Origin: an uncultured delta proteobacterium
Lineage (GTDB): Bacteria > Myxococcota_A > UBA9160 > SZUA-336
Assembly: GCA_963704165.1 (NCBI GenBank)
Contig: CAVPHD010000008.1
Location: 10,279 to 74,278, forward strand
DNA length: 64,000 nucleotides
Reading direction: 5' to 3'
Numbering within the stretch: position 1 is the first letter of the stretch; each line of letters opens with the position of its first letter. Shown in pieces: positions 9,525-19,963 of this stretch. A program made the position numbers and the translations under genes. A model generated the notes under the pieces. It was not told the origin of the DNA, did not search any database, and saw only the letters and a list, made by a program, of their open reading frames with translations.

Positions 9525-10205
9525 TTGAGTCCCCGTCTTCTCAAGATCTGGGCGGTGACCGCGTCGGCGGCCGCGCTCGTCCTGCTCGGCGTCGTGGTTG
9601 GCCGATCGAGCGTCGGTGGATCCGGCGGCGCCGTGCCGATCGCCAGGCCGGATGCGCCCGTGCGCGGATCGACGGAAGCCGAGGCCGCTCTGGGCCCGAA
9701 CTTCTCCATCCCCACGTCGTTCACGGGCCTCGCGACCGAATGGCGGACCGAGACGGGCGGCACGGCCGATGCCGGCTACGCAATTCTCTTCGAGCCGCAG
9801 AGTCGTCGGATGATCGTCGATCGCTGTCTCCACCGTGGGTACTTCGACCTCGCCGCGAACCGACCGGTCGAGCCTGGCGAGTTCTGCAAGACGGTGCTGT
9901 CCGGGAGCCTCTCCTCGCTCGAGGAGAAGGAAGCCAAGGTCACGACACGGGACGGCGCGTCGGTCGATGCGTCTCTCGCGCTCGTCGAGGACAGCGGCGT
10001 GAAGCGGCTTCGCATCGCGTTCGGGGACCACGAGATGCTTCTGGTTCCCGGGAGCAAGAACGATCTCTTCCAGGAGATCGAGCGGACGCCTCGAATCGAG
10101 GAGCAGAAGCGCCGCCAGTTCGAGTACGCGGAGGCGGAGTACCAGAAGCAGCGTCGCGCGCAGCAGGCGCGCGCGGAGGCGAACGATGAACTCCCGAAGG
10201 ACTGA
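9525..10205 (+). CDS. Hypothetical membrane-anchored protein
   Basis: N-terminal hydrophobic segment; fills gap in co-directional cluster. Confidence 0.6.
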   Translation: MSPRLLKIWAVTASAAALVLLGVVVGRSSVGGSGGAVPIARPDAPVRGSTEAEAALGPNFSIPTSFTGLATEWRTETGGTADAGYAILFEPQSRRMIVDRCLHRGYFDLAANRPVEPGEFCKTVLSGSLSSLEEKEAKVTTRDGASVDASLALVEDSGVKRLRIAFGDHEMLLVPGSKNDLFQEIERTPRIEEQKRRQFEYAEAEYQKQRRAQQARAEANDELPKD

Positions 10206-10209
10206 AGCG

Positions 10210-10821
10210 ATGTGGCTCGTGCGGGCGGTTCTCCTCGCGAGTCTCCTGGCGGGACCGGCCGTCGCCGGCGACAAGACCAGCGCCTCGTTCGTTCTCCGCG
10301 GCGCGCACTTCAACGCGGGCGGAAACGGCGCGCTCTACTCGACCGCGCCCGTGCCGGGCTTCGGCGTCGTCGGCGCGACGGTCGGCCAGTCCCACCCGAT
10401 CACGCCCGCGGGGTCCGCCACGACGCTTCGAACGGCGTGGCCCGGCTTCTGGCCGCTCTTCGCGGGGGAGCTCCCGACGCTCGATCTCGATGCCGACGCC
10501 CGCCCCACCTTCCTCGACAACTGCCCGTGGTGGGCCAACGCGGCCCAGACGCCGAGCTTCGAAGATCCGGCGATCGGCCTCGCCTGTCTCTGCGGCGACG
10601 TGGATGACGACGGTTGGGTGACCGGAACAGATGAGGCCGCCTATCGGGATGGTCTCGCGGTTCCGCTCGGCACCGCGATCGTCGCGCCCGAGAAGTGCTC
10701 GGTGATCGGAGACCCGCGACCGTGCGACGTGCTCGACCGGGCCGTCGTCTCGCGCGCACTTCTCGGCAGCGAACCGGGCATCGACCAGCGCTGCGAGGCG
10801 GCGCTTCCACCGCTTCCCTGA
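10210..10821 (+). CDS. Secreted protein with TSP3-like and dockerin-like Ca-binding motifs
   Basis: Signal peptide; DLDADARPTFLDNCP...NAAQ; CLCGDVDDDGWVTGTD. Confidence 0.6.
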   Translation: MWLVRAVLLASLLAGPAVAGDKTSASFVLRGAHFNAGGNGALYSTAPVPGFGVVGATVGQSHPITPAGSATTLRTAWPGFWPLFAGELPTLDLDADARPTFLDNCPWWANAAQTPSFEDPAIGLACLCGDVDDDGWVTGTDEAAYRDGLAVPLGTAIVAPEKCSVIGDPRPCDVLDRAVVSRALLGSEPGIDQRCEAALPPLP

Positions 10822-10827
10822 CGCCCG

Positions 10828-11382
10828 TCACTCCTCCGCGTCGATGACCTCGTCGACGCACGCGATCAACGCGGCGTCCTGCTTGCCCTTGCACCCGGGC
10901 GCGATGCCGTTCTCGACCATCTGCTGATACATCTGCAGCTCGATCGGATCGATCTCCGTGTCACCCGCAGCCTGGCCGTCGCCGTCGTCGCCGTCATCAT
11001 CACCGAGATCCACTCCGCTCGGCAGCGTCACACCCATGCCCTTCAGCATCTCGTCCTGCTTCTTCATCGCGGCATCGATCTCGCGCTCGCGTGCCTTCTC
11101 GGCGGCCTCTTCGCGCTTCTCGGCTTCGGCCCGCCGCGCATCGTCGCGTTCGCCGATCTCCTTCTGCAGTCGCGCTTCGGCTTCGCGCTGCTTCTGATCG
11201 ACTTGGTTCTTGCGGCACTCGGCTTCACGCCGGCTCTTCTCGGCGTACTGATCGGCGGTCGGTTTGGATCCGTCGGTGTTGATGAGCACCCATTCGTAGT
11301 TGCACGACGGCTCCGCAGCGCGCGCACCGTCGGATCCGAAGAGCATGGCGATCAGAACGGTTCCCAATACGAGCAGCTTCAT
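10828..11382 (-). CDS. Hypothetical secreted coiled-coil/acidic protein
   Basis: MKLLVLGTVLIAMLFG signal peptide; E/K/R-rich helix; acidic linker. Confidence 0.6.
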   Translation of the reverse strand: MKLLVLGTVLIAMLFGSDGARAAEPSCNYEWVLINTDGSKPTADQYAEKSRREAECRKNQVDQKQREAEARLQKEIGERDDARRAEAEKREEAAEKAREREIDAAMKKQDEMLKGMGVTLPSGVDLGDDDGDDGDGQAAGDTEIDPIELQMYQQMVENGIAPGCKGKQDAALIACVDEVIDAEE

Positions 11383-11415
11383 CTCGTTCCCCCATCGCAT
11401 TTCGGACAATTCCAG

Positions 11416-12342
11416 TCACTTCACGAAGTCGAGCGTGTGCTCGGCGATTCGTCGGATCTCGGGAGTCAGGTTCGTGGTGAGCAGACGCTCGAGGTAGGGC
11501 ACCGAGCTCTCGTCGCCGATGACGACCAGGCCCGCGAGCGCCGCACGCACGACTTCGGGCGAAGGATCGCTCAATGCCGCGTGCAGGGCGGCGAGCGCCG
11601 CGGTCGAATCGTCGTCGTCGACGATTCGGTTCAAGGCGAGTGCGCGCGTCGCGGGGTCGGGGTCGTTGGCCGCAATCCTGTAGACGAGGTCGTGCCCGGG
11701 CCCGCCGACGTAGACGGCCTCGAGGCCCAGAATTCGAACCTCTGGCGAGGAGCTCGTGAGCTGCTCGACCGCGAGCGCATCGCGCGTCTCTTCTTCCACC
11801 CGCTCCCGTTCGCGTTCCTCGGGCGTTCGCGTGTCGACGGGGCGCCGGAAGCGGCCGAGCTCGATGAACTTGCCGTCGCTCGAGAGGGTTGGGTGTCGAG
11901 CGCTGCCGGACGCGGCGTCTCCCACGACGATGCGCGAGAGCACGTCCGCTCCGCGCGCCTCGTCGCGTCGGTATTCGCCGTGATACTCGACGCCCGAGAG
12001 AAGCTCGGCCAGGGCCACCTCGAGCGTCACGTCTTCGAGCTTCACGGTGATCCTCAGCGGGGGCAGGGCGCGCGCATCGAGCTCGAAGCCGGCCTTCTGT
12101 GCGAGCCGGCGCAGAAGACTTTCGCGTTTCGCATCGCGCGCGACGATCGAGACCCGACCGTTGGCAACGGTGATGCGCGGGCGGTTCCGGACGCGCTCGC
12201 GCAGCGCGGCGCCGAGGTCGGTCGCAGTCTCGTCCTTCGTCGCTACGGGAGCGTCGGCGTCGCGCCGCTCGCTGCACGCCATGGGCGCCGCGAAGAGCAA
12301 CAGGACGGCAAACCAGACCATTCTCCGCTGGACTCGCTCCAT
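11416..12342 (-). CDS. Putative lipoprotein with C-terminal HEAT repeats
   Basis: MVWFAVLLLFAAPMAC lipobox-like; LSDPSPEVVRAALAGL HEAT pattern; secretin-N/STN-like segment (ITVKLEDVTLEVALAELL). Confidence 0.65.
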   Translation of the reverse strand: MERVQRRMVWFAVLLLFAAPMACSERRDADAPVATKDETATDLGAALRERVRNRPRITVANGRVSIVARDAKRESLLRRLAQKAGFELDARALPPLRITVKLEDVTLEVALAELLSGVEYHGEYRRDEARGADVLSRIVVGDAASGSARHPTLSSDGKFIELGRFRRPVDTRTPEERERERVEEETRDALAVEQLTSSSPEVRILGLEAVYVGGPGHDLVYRIAANDPDPATRALALNRIVDDDDSTAALAALHAALSDPSPEVVRAALAGLVVIGDESSVPYLERLLTTNLTPEIRRIAEHTLDFVK

Positions 12343-12368
12343 CTCCGCTTCCTCTCCCGCTCCGACGC

Positions 12369-13754
12369 TCAGAACTGAAAGTAGATGAAGGGCCGGCCCG
12401 TCGCCGCGAAGACCGCGATTGCCAGCACGGTGCCCGAAACCAACGCGATCCGCCCCGGCCAGCCGAGACGCTCGAGGAGATCCTCTTTGTAGTTCCAGAA
12501 GCAGATCGCGTGAATTCCCGCGAGGACCGCGATGAACAGCGCCCACTCCCAGGGAACACCGCGACCCGATGCAAAGCTGAAGACCTTTCCGACCATCAGC
12601 CACGCCTGCTCGGCGCTCGCCACCCGGAAGAGCATCGCGGAGAAGACCAGGAGGAAGACGTTGATCAGCCAGCCGACGAAGAGCTTGCCGCGGAAGGCGG
12701 GCAGCGCGAATCGCTTGCGGCGCATCGTCACCGAGTAGACGGCGAGGATCAGTCCGTTGTACGCGCCCCAGAGCACGAAGTTCCAGGCGGCTCCGTGCCA
12801 GAGCCCGAGCAGAGTCCACGTGACGATGATGTTGAACGCGAAGCGCGCGTCGCCGACGCGCGAGCCACCGAGCGGCTTGTAGACGTAGTCGGTGAACCAG
12901 TTCCCCATCGTGATGTGCCACGAGCGACGGTAGAGGATCGGATTGTGGCGAAGCTGTGGGTAGTCGAAATTCAGCGGCAGGTGGAAGCCCAGCACCGACG
13001 CGAGCCCGCGCGCCATCGTCGAGTAACCGGAGAAATCGCAGTAGATCTGCACCCAGAACGCGAAGCTCGCCAGCAAGACGGCTGCTCCGGAGTAGCCCTG
13101 CGGATTCTCGAAGACCCGGTCGGCGAGCAACGCCAGATTGTCGGCGACGACGACCTTCTTGAAGAGCCCGAGCAGGAAGAGCTCGACGCCGCGCAGGACT
13201 TCGCGCTCGGTGACCGGCTCCGTGCGCAGGAGCTGCGGCATGAACTCCGCGGCGCGCAGGATCGGCCCTGCGATCAGCTGCGGGAAGAACGTCACGTAGA
13301 GCGCGAAGTCGAGGAAGCTCTTGCAGGGTTCGCCCTGGCCCCGGTACATGTCGATCGAGTACGACATCGACTGAAACGTGTAGAAGGAGATGCCGAGTGG
13401 GATGACGACGTCGAGGTAGAACGGCTCGGGGTCGATGCCCGACACGAACGCGACGTTGTCGAGGAAGAAGTTCCCGTACTTGAAATAGACGAGGACCCCG
13501 AGGTTTCCGACGACGCTGGCCGCGAGCCACGCGCGCCGCGCGCCGAGCGAGCTCGCACGCGCGATGCGCTTGCCCGTCTCGAAATCGAGCAGCGTCGAGT
13601 AGAGCAGCAGCAGGACGAAGGGCGGGTTCCAGGTCGCGTAGAAGAAGTAGCTCGCGGCGAGCAGCAGGACGTGTCGCGCGCGGCCGCGCAGAAGCGGCGC
13701 GAGGGCCAGCACGAGCGCGATGAAGACCACGAACTCGTAACTGTTGAACCGCAC
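12369..13754 (-). CDS. MBOAT O-acyltransferase (AlgI/PatA/DltB-like)
   Basis: PLGISFYTFQSMSY, FFPQLIAGPI, QIYCDFSGYS, GLWHGA, PFIYFQF. Confidence 0.93.
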   Translation of the reverse strand: MRFNSYEFVVFIALVLALAPLLRGRARHVLLLAASYFFYATWNPPFVLLLLYSTLLDFETGKRIARASSLGARRAWLAASVVGNLGVLVYFKYGNFFLDNVAFVSGIDPEPFYLDVVIPLGISFYTFQSMSYSIDMYRGQGEPCKSFLDFALYVTFFPQLIAGPILRAAEFMPQLLRTEPVTEREVLRGVELFLLGLFKKVVVADNLALLADRVFENPQGYSGAAVLLASFAFWVQIYCDFSGYSTMARGLASVLGFHLPLNFDYPQLRHNPILYRRSWHITMGNWFTDYVYKPLGGSRVGDARFAFNIIVTWTLLGLWHGAAWNFVLWGAYNGLILAVYSVTMRRKRFALPAFRGKLFVGWLINVFLLVFSAMLFRVASAEQAWLMVGKVFSFASGRGVPWEWALFIAVLAGIHAICFWNYKEDLLERLGWPGRIALVSGTVLAIAVFAATGRPFIYFQF

Positions 13755-13763
13755 CCCGAGGGC

Positions 13764-14837
13764 CTACGGACTCTCGGCGAGGCGCGGGCCGATGGTATCG
13801 GCGACGGCCGCGGTGAGCCGATCGCGCCCGCGTTCGTTCAGGTGCACCCAATCGTCGAAATGATCTTCGTCGAAATCCGGGAGCTGGTCCGCTCCGATCA
13901 GATCGAAGTCCTCCGCGAGCGCGAGCGCGCGCAGCGCTTCCCGGTACGGGGGAATCCGGCGGCGCGCACCGAGCAGGAGCGGGATGGGATGCACGGGGGC
14001 ATCGATCACGATCAGCCGTCCGCCACGTTCACGCAGCTTCCGGGCCAGGCGAGCGAGCGCGCGCGAGTTGGCGTTGGGATAGTCGTCGGCAACGCGGTCG
14101 CGCAGCCATGCTTCCCACGCCTCGTCGCCACCGCCGCGGACGAGCTCCTCCAGCTTTGCGCGATCTCGCTCGAACTCGAGCTGCCGCCATTCGACCCGTC
14201 CCAGACGCACGAGCGCGACCTGGCGCAGCGCGCGGCGATGGCGCGCGAAGATGCTCAGCTCGCCGACGAGACCGTCGAGGTGGAAACTCGGGTCGGCGAG
14301 AACTTCCGCGGCGCTGAAGAGCTCTGGAACGGCGCGCACGTCGTACGCGTGGACGCGCCCGAGATCGGTCCGCGTGCGAAGCGCCGGCGCGGAGGCCACG
14401 AAGATCGCTGCGCGCGGCTCGAGATCCGCCACCGCGTCGGCCAGCATGCCGTAGGTCAGCGCGGGCGAGCCGCCGAGCGTCGCCTTCGGAAATCGCAGCG
14501 CCTGCGCCGCGAAGCGCTGCTCGAGCATTGCGGAATCGAGTCCGCGGTCCGCGATGCTGTTGCCGAGGATCGGGACGCTGCGCCGATCCCGAGGCGTCGC
14601 GCGGAGCACCGCCTCGACGCGATAGGGATCGACCACGAGCGGGGGAGCTTCACGCGCAACCCAGGCCCAGTGGGCCGGCCAGAGCACGAGCGCGCGGTCC
14701 GCGGCGAAGAGCAGCGCGAGCGGTCCAATGACCAGGAGCAGCGCGAGGCGCAGCCCCGCCCGTCGACTCCCCGCGCCGTCCGCACCGATCGGTCCACCCG
14801 TCACCACAGCTCCGGCACGCGCGTCGACACGCTTCAC
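13764..14837 (-). CDS. SGNH-like extracytoplasmic acyltransferase partner (AlgJ/PatB/DltD-like)
   Basis: N-terminal TM helix, ILGNS and DWVHLN (DxxH) motifs; directly upstream of MBOAT gene. Confidence 0.65.
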   Translation of the reverse strand: MKRVDARAGAVVTGGPIGADGAGSRRAGLRLALLLVIGPLALLFAADRALVLWPAHWAWVAREAPPLVVDPYRVEAVLRATPRDRRSVPILGNSIADRGLDSAMLEQRFAAQALRFPKATLGGSPALTYGMLADAVADLEPRAAIFVASAPALRTRTDLGRVHAYDVRAVPELFSAAEVLADPSFHLDGLVGELSIFARHRRALRQVALVRLGRVEWRQLEFERDRAKLEELVRGGGDEAWEAWLRDRVADDYPNANSRALARLARKLRERGGRLIVIDAPVHPIPLLLGARRRIPPYREALRALALAEDFDLIGADQLPDFDEDHFDDWVHLNERGRDRLTAAVADTIGPRLAESP

Positions 14838-14960
14838 TCGTTGGCGCGAGTCACACGGTCGCCTCGAAACACGACGACCCGACCCACGGGCTCTGGAGCC
14901 GGGATCGGGCCGTCACCTGACATCGCTCGTTTGCGGCGCGCGCGCCGCAGAGCCGGTCAG

Positions 14961-15407
14961 CTATTCCTCGTTCAAGCAGAAGTCGAGGCAGTCATCCCGC
15001 GCGATACCACAATCATCTTTGGCATCGCTCGAGTCCTCGCTGAGGAACGAGTTGAACGCTCCCTGATCCGCACGGTCCTCGTTCTGACAGTCTCGTCGGT
15101 CTTGAGGATCTTCGATGTCGTTGCAGTTGTGCGTGTCGGCCTTGATCAGGGTGGTGACGGATTCCTTCATGCATCGGGTCGAGGCGCTTGCAACGCCCTT
15201 GCAGCCCCGGAACAGCGCCCGGCACTGGTTCTGGCAGTTCCGGACATTGGGTGAGAAATCTCCGCCTTCGGCGGCGTCCGTGAAGATCTCGACGGAGTAC
15301 GTAGGAATCCAGCACCCGTAGCTGCTCGCGGATGCCGTGGACGATGCCACGAGTACGGCCGCAGCGGCGCAGATCCCAACCAGTCCGAGCAGTGTGCTCT
15401 TGAACAT
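14961..15407 (-). CDS. Cys-rich secreted hypothetical protein
   Basis: MFKSTLLGLVGICAAAAVLVA signal peptide; regularly spaced Cys in helical mature part; GGAGG RBS. Confidence 0.65.
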   Translation of the reverse strand: MFKSTLLGLVGICAAAAVLVASSTASASSYGCWIPTYSVEIFTDAAEGGDFSPNVRNCQNQCRALFRGCKGVASASTRCMKESVTTLIKADTHNCNDIEDPQDRRDCQNEDRADQGAFNSFLSEDSSDAKDDCGIARDDCLDFCLNEE

Positions 15408-15556
15408 CCGAGAACCTCCCTCTACGCGAAACCCATGAGCCGCCCGCGCGAACACCATCGGCGCGGCAGATTCACGGACGAATCTAACCCGGTGCGATTC
15501 TCTCAGATCTGCCATGGCCTTACCAGCCCTGTTTCGGTATCGCCCATCCGGAGACC

Positions 15557-17194
15557 ATGGAGGACAGCGCGATGCACAGACAGACTGCCCGGCGACGCAC
15601 CCGAGTCCGCGGGGCGTGGCTCGTCGCGTTCGCATTCGTCTGTCTCGGCACGGCGACCGTTTCGCGATCCGAAGTCACCGAGCCCACGACGCCGCAGGCC
15701 GCGCTGCGTCTGTACCTGGAGGCGGCGCGCGCGGGGGACTACACGAGCGCGGCGCGGCACCTCGATCTCCGCGGACTTCCGCCTTCGCTTCGCGACGATC
15801 CTCCCCGCCTCGCGCGCCAGCTCAAGGTCGTGCTCGATCGAACGCTCTGGGTGGACCTCGAGTCCCTCTCGAACGAGCCCGACGGTGCCCGAGACGACGG
15901 ACTCCCGCCAAGCCAGGATCTGGTAGGCACGATCGCTCTCGGCGAGCGCGAAACGCCGGTTCTGGTCTCGCGCTCCGGACCACCCGAAGGGGCGCGGGTG
16001 TGGCGGATCTCCACCAAGACCCTCGCGCAGGTTCCGGAGCTGTACGGATCGCTCGGCGCGACCTGGATCGAAGAGCAGTTGCCCGAGTCGATGACGCGCG
16101 TTCGCGTGCTCGAGCTCGAGCTCTGGCAGTGGCTCGGGCTGCTTGCGCTCGCGCTGATCTCGGGCGCGGCCGCTTTCGCTGCGGTCTCCGTCGGGCTGAT
16201 GGTGGCGCGAGTCGCCTCGCGGCGGCGCGGCGTTCCGCTCGACGATCGGGTCGCAGAGATCGCGCGCGGGCCGCTGCGTGCGTTCGTCGCGGTCCTGGTC
16301 TTCGCGGCGGGGCAATCCGCATTCGGCCTGCCCGTTCCGGTGTCGCGGTTGCTTCGCGGCACGGAGCAGGTGGCGCTGCTCATGATTGCGACCTGGCTGC
16401 TGACGCGCAGCGTCGACGTCGCCGCTTCGAACATCGGCTCGCGCATGGCCTCGGAGGGCCGCTCGGGCGCCGTCTCGATCGTTTCGCTCGGCTCGCGCGT
16501 GGCAAGACTGGTTCTCTGGGCGCTCGCCGCGGTGGCCTTGATACAGAACCTCGGCTTCGACGTGACGGCGCTCTTCGCCGGCATCGGGCTCGGCGGACTC
16601 GCACTCGCGCTCGCGGCGCAGAAGACGGTCGAGAACCTCTTCGGCGGACTCACGCTGCTCGTCGACCAGCCGGTGCGCGTCGGCGACTTCTGCCGTTTCG
16701 GTGGGCGCGTCGGCACGGTCGAGGAAGTGGGCCTGCGCTCGACGCGCGTGCGCACGCTCGACCGCACCCTCGTGACCATCCCCAACGGGGAGTTCGCGGC
16801 GCTTCAGCTCGAGAACTTCACGCACCGCGATCGCATCTGGCTGCAGGCCACGCTCGGCCTGCGTTACGAGACCACGCCCGATCAGCTGCGCTGCGTGCTC
16901 GAGGATCTGCGCGAGCTCCTGCGCTCGGACTCGAGCATCGATCGCGACTCCGCGCGCGTGCGCTTCGTCGGGTTTGGCGCCTATTCGCTCGACCTCGAGG
17001 TCTTCGCCTACGTCCGTGTCACCGACTTCGCCGAGTTCCTGCGCATCCGCGAAGAGATCTACCTGAAGATGATGGACGTGATCGCCGGCGCGGGCAGCGG
17101 ATTCGCATTCCCGTCTCAGACGATCTACGGCGCCCCCGACACGGGGATCGATGCCGAGCGTGCGCGCGCGGCAGAGGCCCGCGTCCGCGATTGA
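15557..17194 (+). CDS. Small-conductance mechanosensitive channel (MscS family)
   Basis: GIGLGGLALALAAQKTVENLFGG, GTVEEVGLRSTRVRT, FAFPSQT. Confidence 0.92.
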   Translation: MEDSAMHRQTARRRTRVRGAWLVAFAFVCLGTATVSRSEVTEPTTPQAALRLYLEAARAGDYTSAARHLDLRGLPPSLRDDPPRLARQLKVVLDRTLWVDLESLSNEPDGARDDGLPPSQDLVGTIALGERETPVLVSRSGPPEGARVWRISTKTLAQVPELYGSLGATWIEEQLPESMTRVRVLELELWQWLGLLALALISGAAAFAAVSVGLMVARVASRRRGVPLDDRVAEIARGPLRAFVAVLVFAAGQSAFGLPVPVSRLLRGTEQVALLMIATWLLTRSVDVAASNIGSRMASEGRSGAVSIVSLGSRVARLVLWALAAVALIQNLGFDVTALFAGIGLGGLALALAAQKTVENLFGGLTLLVDQPVRVGDFCRFGGRVGTVEEVGLRSTRVRTLDRTLVTIPNGEFAALQLENFTHRDRIWLQATLGLRYETTPDQLRCVLEDLRELLRSDSSIDRDSARVRFVGFGAYSLDLEVFAYVRVTDFAEFLRIREEIYLKMMDVIAGAGSGFAFPSQTIYGAPDTGIDAERARAAEARVRD

Positions 17195-17237
17195 GCTGCA
17201 TCCGTGGAGAGCGCGAGTGCCGGCGTGACGCCGGCTC

Positions 17238-18545
17238 TCAGAAGCGAAAATCCAGACGGGACTGCAGCACGCGAGACGTTCCCTCGTTCGCGTTCTCGCG
17301 CGTTCGCGAAACGACGTAGCCCACCTCGACGCGCACCCAGGCGTTCAGCGTCCAGACGACGCCGACGTTCAGGCTGCGGAGAACGCCGCCCGCCACGTCG
17401 CCGTCGTCGAGGTCGAGCCAGGAATAGCGCGCCGCGATCTCGACCGCGCCGGGCTGCGCGAGCGAGAACTCGAATTGGTTTTCCGGCACGATCCGCTCGA
17501 AGATGGACTGCGTCGTGTCGTAGGGCCGCGTCTCGCCCGTGATCACGTACGCGATCTGAAGGTAGGCGCCGGCGAGCCGAACCGACGCGTCCCCGTCCCG
17601 GCTCACGCCCGAGCGCAGGATCTCTCCCTGGACCGTCAGCGGTCCCTCGCGCCAGGCCGCTTCCAATCCGAGCAGGTTCGCGTCGCCTTCGAGGTCGCCG
17701 GTGTCGACGAGGTAGGGCATGAGGTAGCTCTCGGGGCGCGCTCGATAGCGGATCTCTCCGACGCCCGAGAACGTGTAGCTCCAGCTCGCCCCGAGGTGAA
17801 GCAGACGGTTCGCGGCCGTGCCGTCATCTCCGAACGGACGCCAGGCGACGCGCGCGCTTCCACGCAGCGGCGAGTCGGACGAGTCCGCAAAGCTCTGCGA
17901 CTGCCCCACCGACGAGACGTTCAGTGCCCACGTCACCGCGGCGTCGGAGAAGAGTCCGTCGAGCTGAACACCCAATCGGCTGCCGGGGGCGAACGCGCCG
18001 ACGGGTGAGCCCACTTCCATCAGGCTGCGATCGGAGCTGCCGGCGAGCGCTTCGAGGCTCACGGGCGGATCGAAGTAGCCGACCCGCAGCCGATTGAACC
18101 CGCGGTCGAAGCGCCACTGCACGTAGAAGTCGTTCAGGTAGAAGTCGCCGCTCTCGAAGCCGAACGCGACCTTGTACTCGGTGTTCACGCCGTAGTGCAG
18201 CGTGCCTCGGGTCTCGATCCGCGCGCGACGAACTTTCCCCGTCCAGCCCCGACTCGAGATGTCTCCGCGGCGCAGTCCACCGTCGAGGAACACGCTGCCA
18301 CCGATGCGTCCGTCGATCTCGAACCTGCGCAGCTCGGGCAAGGGCAGACCCTGCAGCGACTCCGGAATTCGCCGCGCGACGTGGTAGGTCGGGCCCGCGT
18401 CCCATCCGAGCTCGAAGTCGAACTGGCTCGGTGGTGGCGATTCGTCTGGGGTCGTCTCGGCCGTTCCCGGCGGTGCGACGCCGATCAGCCACGCCGCGAG
18501 AATCCACGGCCGCGCTCGTGCGAAGGGCGATATCACGGTCTCCAA
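17238..18545 (-). CDS. Phosphate-selective porin O/P family outer-membrane protein
   Basis: VRRARI, SLEALAGS, YRARPE, GAVEIAARYSWLDL, C-terminal Phe. Confidence 0.8.
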   Translation of the reverse strand: METVISPFARARPWILAAWLIGVAPPGTAETTPDESPPPSQFDFELGWDAGPTYHVARRIPESLQGLPLPELRRFEIDGRIGGSVFLDGGLRRGDISSRGWTGKVRRARIETRGTLHYGVNTEYKVAFGFESGDFYLNDFYVQWRFDRGFNRLRVGYFDPPVSLEALAGSSDRSLMEVGSPVGAFAPGSRLGVQLDGLFSDAAVTWALNVSSVGQSQSFADSSDSPLRGSARVAWRPFGDDGTAANRLLHLGASWSYTFSGVGEIRYRARPESYLMPYLVDTGDLEGDANLLGLEAAWREGPLTVQGEILRSGVSRDGDASVRLAGAYLQIAYVITGETRPYDTTQSIFERIVPENQFEFSLAQPGAVEIAARYSWLDLDDGDVAGGVLRSLNVGVVWTLNAWVRVEVGYVVSRTRENANEGTSRVLQSRLDFRF

Positions 18546-18671
18546 TCCAGGCCTGCCGGGCGCGGCGCCCGGATTCCCCCATTGGCAGAGCGGGCCGCCG
18601 GCCTGAGATAATCATCCGCAACGTACCAGCGACGCCGCCTTCGAGGTCGATCGGGCGCACAGGAGAGCACC

Positions 18672-19936
18672 ATGCAGATGAACGTCCAGCCGATCTCGTC
18701 CCTGCCGGACAAGATCAACCAGATCCGGCTCCTGACGGCGGAGATCGTCAACCAGGAGATCCTGCCCAACGAGAACGCGCTCTGGCGCTGGCGCCGGGAC
18801 GGCTCGATCGAGCGAGAGCGAGAAGTCGGACGCGCGAAGAAGCTGCGCGAGGCGATCCAGGCGAAGGTGAAGCAGGCGGGCCTGTGGGCGCCGCACCTGC
18901 CCGAGGAGTACGGCGGCTGCGGACTCTGACGTTCCTCGAGCACGCCTACATGAACGAGGTGCTCGCCTACGCGACCGGCGCCGCGGCGCTGTTCGGCGTG
19001 GTCGCGCCGAACTCGGGCAACCAGAAGATCCTGCTCAAGTACGGCACCGAGGAGCAGCGCAAGAAGTGGCTGCGTGCCGCTGACCGAAGGCGAAGATGGA
19101 GTCGGGCTTCTCGATGACCGAGCCCGACAGCGCCGGCTCGGACCCGCGCTCGATCAAGACGACCGCGCGCCGCGAGGGCGACGAGTGGGTGATCAACGGC
19201 CACAAGTGGTTCACGTCGAACGGCATCCGCGCCGACTTCTTGATCGTGATGTGCCGGACCGACGATCCCGACGGACCGGCGGAGGCACAACGGCAAGATG
19301 ACCCAGATCATCGTGCCCGACCGACACGCCGGGCGTGAACATCGTGCGCGGCATCGACGGTCTGGGGCCACGTCGGCGACCACGCCGAGATCATCTACGA
19401 CAACGTGCGCGTGCCCGGTCGCGAACCAGCTCGGCCGGACCGGCTCCGGCCACAGGCGGCCCAGGACCGACTCGGCGCCGGCCGCGTCTACCACTGCATG
19501 AACTCGGTCGGCCAGATGTGGCGCGCCTTCGACCTGATGGTCGAGCGGGCACGGACGCGCGAGGTGCACGGCGGCCTGCTCGCGACGAAGCAGTTCATCC
19601 AGGGCTTCATCGCCGACTCGTACATCGACATCCAGGCCGCCCGCCTGATGACGATCCACTGCGCGGAGCAGATGGAGAGCGGGCGTCGATGCGCGGACCG
19701 ACATCTCGGCGATCAAGATCTTCGTACCCGCGGCCTACACAGCGCGTCGTCGACCGCGCCATCCAGGTCTGGGGCGCGGCCGGCGTCACGGGCGACCTGC
19801 CGCTCGCGGCCATGTACCAGGGCGCGCGCACGCTGCGGCTCGCCGACGGTCCCGACGAGGTGCACAAGATCCTGATCGCGAAGAACGTGCTGAAGCAGTA
19901 CCACGGACGGGCGAGGGCTGGGACTTCGGCAACTAG
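18672..19936 (+). pseudogene. Acyl-CoA dehydrogenase, multiply frameshifted (pseudogene or sequence error)
   Basis: Consecutive fragments in different frames: GLWAPHLPEEYGG, FSMTEPDSAGSDP, INGHKWFTS, AQDRLGAGRVYHC, VVDRAIQVWGAAGV, RLADGPDEVH. Confidence 0.8.
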
Positions 19937-19963
19937 ACGGCTTCGCGCTCGGACCGCGACACC

